Of a stretch of 64,000 nucleotides of DNA, positions 56,946 through 64,000 are shown piece by piece. The translations under genes were made by a program, and so were the position numbers. Within the stretch, counting starts at the first letter, position 1. Each line of letters opens with the position of its first letter. The notes under the pieces are model-generated. The model did not search any database, was not told the origin of the DNA, and was given only the letters and a program-made list of their open reading frames with translations. This stretch comes from an uncultured Acidobacteriota bacterium (lineage in GTDB: Bacteria > Acidobacteriota > Terriglobia > Acidiferrales > UBA7541), in the NCBI GenBank assembly GCA_963719875.1, contig CAVRDJ010000001.1:186-64185 (forward strand), given 5' to 3'.

Positions 56946-57566
56946 ATGACAAAAGAGATATTGGCCTCAGGACTTCTTGGAGCGTTGCTTCTACTAGCTT
57001 CATCCGCAAGAGCGCAAGAAGACGGATTCATGCGTAACGAGGTCGCCGTGCAAGGGACCGGATTCTTTACCAAGGACTCGCAGCAAAACGGAACACTCGA
57101 ACATGCCACAAATACAGGCGGCTTCCTGGTGAACTACCGCTTTCATATCAACGGCTGGCTCGCTGCTGAGGCAAGCTATGGCTACGATCGAAACACGCAG
57201 GAGAGTTTCACTCCCGGTGGAAACATCGGCATTCAGGCGAACGTGCATCAAGCAACGGGCGCACTGGTCGTTAACCTTCCCGTTTCCGTTCACAGGGTGA
57301 GACCCTACGTGCTCGCAGGAGCCGGAGCGCTTGTGTTCGATCCGACGGGAAACGCCGGAGGAATTGTTTCCGGAGTGCAGCGGCAGGCCCGCCCGGCATT
57401 CGTCTATGGCGGGGGCTTGGACTACAGGCTCGTACGACATGTCGCGCTTCGATTGGAGTATCGCGGATTTGTCTACGACCGCCCTGACTTCGGAATAGCC
57501 GCCCTTAGCTCGAACATCACCACCCACAGCGCGGAACCGTCCGCCGGACTCGTGTTCCATTTCTAA
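56946..57566 (+). CDS. outer-membrane beta-barrel protein (OmpA-like/OmpW-type porin family)
   Basis: Signal peptide MTKEILASGLLGALLLLASSARA, alternating amphipathic strands, and C-terminal ...PSAGLVFHF. Confidence 0.75.
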   Translation: MTKEILASGLLGALLLLASSARAQEDGFMRNEVAVQGTGFFTKDSQQNGTLEHATNTGGFLVNYRFHINGWLAAEASYGYDRNTQESFTPGGNIGIQANVHQATGALVVNLPVSVHRVRPYVLAGAGALVFDPTGNAGGIVSGVQRQARPAFVYGGGLDYRLVRHVALRLEYRGFVYDRPDFGIAALSSNITTHSAEPSAGLVFHF

Positions 57567-57703
57567 CAAACACGCCACCGAGCTTGGGGCCAGCGCACGC
57601 GGACTCTGAGGCGCTGCCCCCGAACCCTCGACACAGTCCATTGCAGGAAAACGGCGTGGAGAAAGCGCGGCAGAAGTGAACGCCGAAGAGAGGCCACTTT
57701 ATC

Positions 57704-57991
57704 ATGCATTTGGATAGCAAAGTCGCAGAGCGAATTGAATTGGAAGATGGAATCTTCAGCGAAGATGCAGTCAGCGAAGGCCTGCACATTGAAGAAATCT
57801 TGCACCGCGCTCACCAGATCCATCGCACCCGGGGCGGGCTGATTGGATACGACCTCGAAGATTGGCTGCAGGCGGAACGGGAATGGCTCGGAGAAATCAG
57901 CCAGCCTATTTCCAGATCGAAAGAACGGGGCTCGGAACCGCGCTCGTTGGAAATTCGTACTCCTGATTTCAAACGAGGAGAATCCTCTTGA
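57704..57991 (+). CDS. DUF2934 domain protein
   Basis: EEILHRAHQIHRTRGGLIGYDLEDWLQAERE signature. Its stop overlaps the next gene's start (TTGA). Confidence 0.65.
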   Translation: MHLDSKVAERIELEDGIFSEDAVSEGLHIEEILHRAHQIHRTRGGLIGYDLEDWLQAEREWLGEISQPISRSKERGSEPRSLEIRTPDFKRGESS

Positions 57992-60600
57992 AGCGACGCA
58001 CTCCATTTCTGATCGAACCCAGATTCATTCGTGACCGTGGATGCAAGATCGCGTTGCATTTTCTAGGAGGCCTGGTGTTATGCCTCTCGCTAACACGTGT
58101 GGCGTTTGGATTACCACAAAAGACAAGAACCGATGACGCACCAAACACCGCCTCGTCGATCACCGGAAACGTAAGCGTAATCAATGGTCAAGGCCAGGCC
58201 AACAGTCTCACCGGTGTCAGCGCGAAGATAAGCGAGCCGAATACGGGATCCACGCTTCAATCGACGCTGACCGACGAGAGTGGTCGTTTCCAATTTACGC
58301 ACCTGACGGCCGGGACCTACACGCTCGAAGTCAGCGCAGACGGCTTCAAGCCGTGGGCCAAGACGATCGAATTGGCACAGAGCCAAACCGCGGTGGAGGA
58401 CGTCAGACTCGAGATCAACTCCGTTGTCGAACAAATTGAAGTTCAAGGCGAGAACATCGAAATTTCCACAAATAACGCGGAGACCACCGCGACCATCAGC
58501 GACCGGCAGCTCGAGACATTGCCTCTTGCGGAACAGAAATTCACAGAGGCGTTGCCTCTCACCCCCGGCGTAATCCGCACGCCCGAAGGGAAGCTGAACT
58601 TTAACGGCCAGGCCGAGAATCAGGGAATCCTGCTGGTCGATTCGACGGAGACTGTCGATCCCGTGACCGGGAGCTTCGCAGTTCCCGTGCCTGTTGATGT
58701 CATTCAGTCGATGAAGGTGCACAGCTCTCCGGACACGGCCGAGTTCGGCGGGTTTTCTGGGGGCTTGACGCAGATCGAGACCAGACCGCCATTCGACGCG
58801 TGGAATTTCAAACTGCATGATTTGACGCCCAGCTTCCGAGGGAAAAACGACCACCTTGTCGGCATCGGCCAATTCACACCGCGGCTTTTGTTCGGCGGTC
58901 CATTGATCCGAGGCAAGCTCAATTTTACGGAAGAAATGACCTACGAGGTAAATAACCTTGAGGTGCGCGGCCTGCCCTGGCCTTTCAACGAAACAAAGAC
59001 CAGGAGCGTCACCTCGTTTACGCAATTCCAGTTTATTTTGTCTCCGCGTCACCTCCTCGACGTTGATCTTAATATCTTTCCGCGGCGAACGCAGTTTGCA
59101 AATATTAACGCATTGGTGCCGCAAAGCGCGTCGTCCAACTATGGACAGAATGGCGTGTCGGTTGGAATTTCGGACAGCTACCAATTTGGTTCAGGCAGCC
59201 TGCTGAACACGGTCGTTCGTTACACTCGATTTGACAGCCACGCGCACGGTCAAGGGGCCGAAGATATGTTGGTTACCCCTGACGGTTGGGGCGGCAATTT
59301 CTTCAATTCGTGGTTGAGAAATGCCAACGAATTGGAGTTTCGGCCTGCGCTCCGGTTTGCAGAAAAATCCTGGCACGGCCGTCATGAATTGAAAATCGGT
59401 TTGGATGTGTCCCGCCGATCTTTTGACGGAACCAGCGAATCTCGTCCCGTCCAAATCCTGAGACAGGACGGCACCGTCGCCGAGCAGATTGCCTTCCAAG
59501 GCCCTGGCCTACTGAGCGCGGCGTCCACCGAGGCGGGAGAATTTATCGAGGACCACTGGGTCCTCGATCCTCGTCTGGCAATCGACGTAGGGGCTCGCCT
59601 ATCGAGCCAATCGATTGGCCGAAGCGCAGCCGTCGGGCCTCACATCGGCTTCGCCTACTCCCCCGCTCGAAGCGGGAGAACCGTGATTCGCGGCGGCGCT
59701 GGTTCAGTCTATGGACATGTCCCGTTGCTCGCCGCCAGTTTCCTGGACAATCCCACGCGCATGATCAGCTCCTTTGACCCGTCTGGAACGATGATCCGCG
59801 AATCCATTGCATTTCAGAACGCCTACCTGCAATTTGACGGTGGATCCGTTCCGCAAATCAGCTCCCGGATTCCGCGGACTAGCCCGCGCACTTTCACGTG
59901 GAGCATCGAGGTCGAGCGCGAACTTCGTCGAAATATCAGCGTGAAGGTGGGCTACCTGGACAGCCAAACTCGAAATCTGTTCGTCGTGGATCCGCTGATC
60001 CACGCGACGGGCAGCAACTCCGTTCTTGCTCTCGCGAATACGGGCGCGACTCGCTACCGCCGTGTCGAAGTTAGCGTCCACGCGCGACCTTTCGAGCACG
60101 GCGATTTGAATGTTTCCTACATTTGGAGTCGCTCGCGCGGCGACTTGAACACGCTCTCGGACACCTTTATGCCGTTCGAGCAGCCTGTGATCCGGCCGAA
60201 CATGGCTGGAATTCTGCCGTCCGATGTACCCAACCGTCTGGTGACCTCGGGGCTTTTCGAGCTTCCCTTCAAATTGACGCTGAGCCCGGTGGTCGACGTG
60301 CGCACCGGGCTGCCCTATTCGAATGTGAACGTGCTCCAAAATTACGTTGGCGTGCCCAACGGTCTGCGATTCCCAACCTATTTTTCGCTCGACGCAAAAA
60401 TCTATCGCGAATTTCCGCTGCACTTACCGTTCATGGAACGTTCGAAGAAGCGAAAGATTCGGTTCGGCGTGTATTCACTCAATCTGACCAACCGCCAGAA
60501 TCCGCACGACGTTTATAACAACATCGCTGCGCCTCGGTTTGGGCAATTTGCGGGTTTCGACCGCCGCATTGATGGGCTTGTGATCGATGTCGTGGATTGA
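57988..60600 (+). CDS. TonB-dependent-receptor-like outer membrane protein with CarboxypepD_reg domain
   Basis: 870 aa from a TTG start. ITGNVSVINGQGQ...GTYTLEVSADGF, with a plug-like region (LETLPLAEQKFTEALPLTPGV). The C-terminus ends ...LVIDVVD, with no terminal aromatic residue, unlike the other TBDRs here. Confidence 0.8.
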   Translation: MKRRTPFLIEPRFIRDRGCKIALHFLGGLVLCLSLTRVAFGLPQKTRTDDAPNTASSITGNVSVINGQGQANSLTGVSAKISEPNTGSTLQSTLTDESGRFQFTHLTAGTYTLEVSADGFKPWAKTIELAQSQTAVEDVRLEINSVVEQIEVQGENIEISTNNAETTATISDRQLETLPLAEQKFTEALPLTPGVIRTPEGKLNFNGQAENQGILLVDSTETVDPVTGSFAVPVPVDVIQSMKVHSSPDTAEFGGFSGGLTQIETRPPFDAWNFKLHDLTPSFRGKNDHLVGIGQFTPRLLFGGPLIRGKLNFTEEMTYEVNNLEVRGLPWPFNETKTRSVTSFTQFQFILSPRHLLDVDLNIFPRRTQFANINALVPQSASSNYGQNGVSVGISDSYQFGSGSLLNTVVRYTRFDSHAHGQGAEDMLVTPDGWGGNFFNSWLRNANELEFRPALRFAEKSWHGRHELKIGLDVSRRSFDGTSESRPVQILRQDGTVAEQIAFQGPGLLSAASTEAGEFIEDHWVLDPRLAIDVGARLSSQSIGRSAAVGPHIGFAYSPARSGRTVIRGGAGSVYGHVPLLAASFLDNPTRMISSFDPSGTMIRESIAFQNAYLQFDGGSVPQISSRIPRTSPRTFTWSIEVERELRRNISVKVGYLDSQTRNLFVVDPLIHATGSNSVLALANTGATRYRRVEVSVHARPFEHGDLNVSYIWSRSRGDLNTLSDTFMPFEQPVIRPNMAGILPSDVPNRLVTSGLFELPFKLTLSPVVDVRTGLPYSNVNVLQNYVGVPNGLRFPTYFSLDAKIYREFPLHLPFMERSKKRKIRFGVYSLNLTNRQNPHDVYNNIAAPRFGQFAGFDRRIDGLVIDVVD

Positions 60601-60680
60601 ACGGAATCGAGCTCGGCAGTTCTTGGGAGGTTCAGATGTTCAGGTCGCCAGTGGGGATTGGATGCTATTTATCTGGCAAA

Positions 60681-60696
60681 TGCCGGTGCGCTGGCA
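60681..60696 (+). promoter_or_regulatory. candidate enhancer half (TGCCG-N6-TGGCA)
   Basis: TGCCGGTGCGCTGGCA lies about 105 bp upstream of the -24 element at 60792. It has the same architecture as the repeats at 56240-56274. Confidence 0.3.
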
Positions 60697-60790
60697 CTTG
60701 CGTTTCGACGTTTGGGCTTTAGCGCGCCTGCCGGGCTGTCGATCTCTATTTCTCTCAATGACTTCCATATAAGTACGTCCGAACCGAAGT

Positions 60791-60806
60791 TGGCATCGGG
60801 CGTGCA
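60791..60806 (+). promoter_or_regulatory. sigma-54 (-24/-12) promoter
   Basis: TGGCATCGGGCGTGCA followed by ATTTC. The 22-nt stretch TGGCATnnnGCGTGCAATTTC is identical to the 56371 site except for the 3 nt marked n. It lies 25 nt upstream of the ATG at 60831, with the AAAGGAGGG RBS in between. Confidence 0.6.
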
Positions 60807-60830
60807 ATTTCTAATGCAAAGGAGGGATTA

Positions 60831-62216
60831 ATGGCCACCGCTGCAAGATTCCGTATCGACGTTGCAATTCATGATCTCCTGATGAACTCCACCCAAATGC
60901 CGCCACCGCCCGCCGAAGTGAGGGGCTTGACTCTTCCAGAACCTCCATTCCCGCAGTTCCCGGACCGCCTGATGGATCCGGGGCCCGAGACTCCGCCCGA
61001 GAAACGGAAGTGGGGCGCCAAGGATGTTTACCGCTATTCACGCGGATGGCTGGTGCCCTATATTCGTTCGCGCGTTCTGCCCGGAGAGTTTCACCCCATC
61101 ACCGCGTATCTATTTGTCGAGTACAAATGCAATCTCGATTGCTGGTACTGCTGGGCCTACGACAATAAAGTCAAAGGCATGACAGAAGATGTAGCCCGGC
61201 GCTCCATCGACTGGCTGTACGACAATGGATGCCGCGTGCTCGCTTTGATGGGTGGAGAGCCACTGCTGCGGCCGGATTTTGTGCACAAAGTCGTCTACTA
61301 TGCCGCGAAAAAGGGATTCTGGGTCTACATCGCAACAAATGGGCGCCTGCTTCGGCCCGACGTAGCCGATCGGCTAGGCGACGCAGGAGTGTCCGTCTTC
61401 AATTTTGCCATGGATTCTTGGGATCTGCAGCCCAGCCTGCCCAAAGCTCTGGTTCCCGCGCAGAAGAATCTGGAACACATCCTGCGCAAACAATACGTGG
61501 ACGGTTATCTGGTCTTTTTCAACATGAATATCTGCCGCAACAACACGGAGGATATCCGCAAGCTCACGGAATACGCGCACGATCATCGCGTAGCCACCGA
61601 TTACCACATCAACGAGACCCCGATGCTCGAACAAGACGATCACTTCAAGCACCTTTACGACAACCCGACGTATATCCGGCCGGAAGATTGGCGAAATGTG
61701 GATTCTCTGGTGGATTGGCTGATTGAGAAAAATAAATCCGGGTATCAGATGGTGAACTCAGTGCAACGGCTGCAGGAAATCAAGGCGTTCATGCGGATGT
61801 CATCTGGACTCGATCTGAAGGAATATGGCTGGAACGGCGACGGGACAAACGGAAATGGCCACCAGACCGAGTTGCTCGCTTCAATGCCCGGGGTTGTTCA
61901 GGAGGCGAACGGCGAATTGCGTTTTGCCGATTGGAACTGCCGCGCCGGCCAGAATAACGTCATCATTCGAACGGACGGCACCGTGGCGCCCTGCTTTCCG
62001 ATGTACGCCTCGACCTTCGATTGGGGAAACATCGATCGCCCGAAATTCGATCAGAAGCAGCTTTCCCAAATGAAATCGACCTGTCAGCGCCATTGCTTCT
62101 CAACTCTGAACCACAACCTGGCGTACTGCTACAACGACGCGCGCGTGATCAAGTGGCTTTGGTCCAACGCAATAAAGAACAAGTTCCAGGGTGGTGTGCG
62201 CAGCTTCGAGGACTAA
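60831..62216 (+). CDS. radical SAM protein of unknown specificity with a C-terminal Cys-rich (auxiliary-cluster-like) region
   Basis: 461 aa with CX3CX2C (YKCNLDCWYCWAY) at about residues 101-108, LALMGGEPLL, and C-terminal cysteines (NCRAGQNNVIIRTDGTVAPCFP ... CQRHCF ... YC). Confidence 0.85.
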   Translation: MATAARFRIDVAIHDLLMNSTQMPPPPAEVRGLTLPEPPFPQFPDRLMDPGPETPPEKRKWGAKDVYRYSRGWLVPYIRSRVLPGEFHPITAYLFVEYKCNLDCWYCWAYDNKVKGMTEDVARRSIDWLYDNGCRVLALMGGEPLLRPDFVHKVVYYAAKKGFWVYIATNGRLLRPDVADRLGDAGVSVFNFAMDSWDLQPSLPKALVPAQKNLEHILRKQYVDGYLVFFNMNICRNNTEDIRKLTEYAHDHRVATDYHINETPMLEQDDHFKHLYDNPTYIRPEDWRNVDSLVDWLIEKNKSGYQMVNSVQRLQEIKAFMRMSSGLDLKEYGWNGDGTNGNGHQTELLASMPGVVQEANGELRFADWNCRAGQNNVIIRTDGTVAPCFPMYASTFDWGNIDRPKFDQKQLSQMKSTCQRHCFSTLNHNLAYCYNDARVIKWLWSNAIKNKFQGGVRSFED

Positions 62217-62232
62217 GAGGGGAGGCGTGGCG

Positions 62233-63016
62233 ATGTCGATCTTGAGAATTAAGGCTTTTCCGCTAGCCCTAGTTTTCTTTGGGTTGGTGCTGACCATTAG
62301 CAGCGCCAGAGCGCAATTTGGCGGAAGGCAGAACGGCGACGATGTCGCCGCGCCGATCGAGCCGCTGTCGGCAGACATCGATGAAACGCGGCTGTTCACT
62401 GAACTTCTGAGTCACAACGAACTCCGGAACGCCGCTCGCCGGCTACACCGAGCAGCGGACGTACCAAGTGACTGACATGTCTGGAAGGGTGCGCGCCCAG
62501 GAAAGCGGGCAAATGGAGTATCGCGCGCCGGACAAGAAGAGCTTCGCCACGACATTGGAGTCAGGTTCCGCACTCGTGCGCCGCCTCGCCCTCAACCCAC
62601 TGATCGCGAGCGAAATCGACGCAGCCTCCGGCAAACAGCATCACGACAGTGCGATCACTCCCGAGAACTACACGTTGGAACTTCTTGGCGAGCAGCAGGT
62701 TGGGCCGTATCTTTGCATTCTCGCGCGTGCGACGCCAAAACGGACGGACAAATATCTGTTTGAAGGAAAAGTGTGGATTGATACGGAAGACTACGCCGTC
62801 GTCCGAATCGTCGGGCATCCTGCCAAGAAACTCTCATTCTGGATCGAGCGGGTCAACTTCGTACGCAAGTATCAAAAGATTGATGGATTCTGGCTTCCAC
62901 AAAAGGACGAGACACACGTGCAAGTCAGAATGTATGGGCAGAAGGTCCTCACGATCGACCATCAGAACTACATCGTAACCGGAGTAAAAGACCCAATTCA
63001 AAATGCAGAAAACTAA
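62233..63016 (+). pseudogene. LolA-like outer-membrane lipoprotein-sorting-fold protein, one frameshift
   Basis: 62233-62475 holds the signal peptide MSILRIKAFPLALVFFGLVLTISSARA ... HNELRNAA. The frame of 62468-63016, open from 62411, holds LAGYTEQRTYQVTD...KYLFEGKVWIDTEDYAVVRIVGHP...DGFWLP. A single frame change within about 62411-62440 is needed to join them. Confidence 0.6.
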
Positions 63017-63621
63017 GTTCCGTTTTGTTCCTGCTCCCGAAACACCTGCCGGTAGGTCTTGCCGTAGGGATAAAAGTTCTCATGTTCACCGCGTTCCCAT
63101 GCGGCTTTCAGTTCGGCCTTAGAGATGTCCCAGTCCGGACGGCATTTCTTCAGCACGGCACGCAAGTCTTGCCGAAGCTCTTCGATGGTCGGTCGGCCAA
63201 AAAACCAGTAGCCGTTGTAGATCTTGAATAAAACGAGACCGGGTTCGAGCACAATGACATGCGGGATCATCGGATTGTGCTCAGGGTCTGTGTACTCGGC
63301 GATGTCGAGATCCTTCTGAACCTTTCGCCCCGGATCGGATAAAAAGGTCCAATGAGCGCCAACGCCGTCGCGGTACTCATTCGTCAGAAGCATGTTGTCG
63401 GTACTGATGGTGACGAGCCGGGAGTAACCGACCTCCATCTCGTGGTGAAGTTGGACCAGACTCTCGGCCTGGCGCCGATCCTTCGGGCAGTATCCTCCTC
63501 GGCTGAGCACCACGATCATGGGATCTGGCCCCTGTAGATCTGAAAGCTTGCGGTGTTTGCCCGTATGATCGGTCAGCTCATAATCAGGGAATACTGCGCC
63601 AGCTACAATATCCGCTCTCAT
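63013..63621 (-). CDS. peroxiredoxin-like / redoxin family protein
   Basis: FPDYELTDHTGKHRKLSDLQGPDPMIVVLSRGGYCPKDRRQ...LVTISTDN, an AhpC/TSA-like layout with a single Cys. I prefer the ATG at 63621. Confidence 0.7.
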   Translation of the reverse strand: MRADIVAGAVFPDYELTDHTGKHRKLSDLQGPDPMIVVLSRGGYCPKDRRQAESLVQLHHEMEVGYSRLVTISTDNMLLTNEYRDGVGAHWTFLSDPGRKVQKDLDIAEYTDPEHNPMIPHVIVLEPGLVLFKIYNGYWFFGRPTIEELRQDLRAVLKKCRPDWDISKAELKAAWERGEHENFYPYGKTYRQVFREQEQNGT

Positions 63622-63803
63622 GCAGTTCAACCTCCTCTAAAACAATGCTAGGTATCTGCTTCCTTAGCGGGTCACTCGCTTTAGGTCGCGAACTTCTTGC
63701 CCTCCTGAGCCATATTTACCCGATCCGGTATTTCATTCTTTGTGAGCCAGTTCGCAGTGGCTGCCTGACGCAGTGATATTTTTCGCTCCGCAACAGCCTC
63801 GCG

Positions 63804-64000
63804 TCACTCTTTCGCGCCGTTCAAAAAGAACAACATCGTCACCGGCGCTGTACCTTTGTTTCGCCATGCGTGCCGGGTACCATTCTGGACGACGACATCG
63901 CCTTTCTTGAGATGAACAGTCTTGGCGTCATCAAGCTCCAGCCAAATCTCACCTTCGTAAACTACAGCATAGTCAACGGTGTTCGTTTTGTGCATGGCGG
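63804..64000 (-). CDS. cupin domain protein (partial, runs off the window)
   Basis: VDYAVVYEGEIWLELDDAKTVHLKKGDVVVQNGTRHAWRNKG has the cupin motif pattern. The frame stays open to the window edge. Confidence 0.6.
   Translation of the reverse strand, partial: AMHKTNTVDYAVVYEGEIWLELDDAKTVHLKKGDVVVQNGTRHAWRNKGTAPVTMLFFLNGAKE

Noticed and set aside
58111-59184. 357-aa minus-strand ORF
   Set aside because: It is antisense to the TBDR-like gene 57988-60600 and has no motifs.
1-64000. Search by eye for tRNA, rRNA, CRISPR repeats and riboswitches in the intergenic regions (for example 2679-3174, 13029-13342, 15757-16188, 24234-24748, 26688-26989, 49666-49969, 53441-54001)
   Set aside because: I found no cloverleaf-like or regularly spaced repeat structures. 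A by-eye scan can miss such elements, so tRNAscan-SE or Infernal should be run.

Overview
The window is about 55-60% GC by eye, and its gene content is typical of Acidobacteriota. It holds six CarboxypepD_reg-type TonB-dependent receptors (TBDRs) plus one internal fragment, and three ECF sigma factors, two of them with zf-HC2 anti-sigma partners. There are two GAF/AAA+ sigma-54 activators (one intact, one frameshifted), a VWFA acidobacterial-type protein and many thiol/disulfide redox genes. I saw no rRNA, tRNA or CRISPR array. Coordinates come from the ORF track plus my own reading of starts, stops and junctions. All family names are pattern recognition, not database hits.

Main observations:
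1. A peroxiredoxin-like/DsbD-N-like fusion gene (22498-23835, minus) has an in-frame TGA exactly at the first Cys of its W-C-P-x-C redox motif. An fdhF-like hairpin follows, so it is a candidate selenoprotein.
2. That gene sits in a roughly 3.2-kb insertion that splits one copy of a roughly 1-kb segmental duplication (19960-20953 and 35704-36701).
3. Two nearly identical sigma-54 promoters (56371-56386 and 60791-60806) each lie about 105-115 bp downstream of a TGCCR-N6-TGGCA inverted repeat. Both lie downstream of an intact sigma-54 activator. They drive a STAS/OMP/DUF2934/TBDR-like operon and a radical-SAM/LolA-like operon.
4. Two tandem paralogous genes (30647-34966) encode two-CxxCH cytochrome c / CarboxypepD_reg / beta-propeller fusions downstream of a TBDR.
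5. A receiver-only response regulator lacks the phospho-acceptor Asp and is inserted inside a paralog of a small MXKDX-repeat gene. It has captured that gene's promoter, RBS and first 8 codons.
6. An intact IS630 element with a TA duplication cleanly splits a small thioredoxin-like gene.
7. A putative metal island (39246-45417) combines an atypical P1B ATPase, a Cys/His-rich protein, a TBDR and a CusF-like/Sco fusion.

Several pseudogenes and gene fragments mark this as a plastic accessory region.
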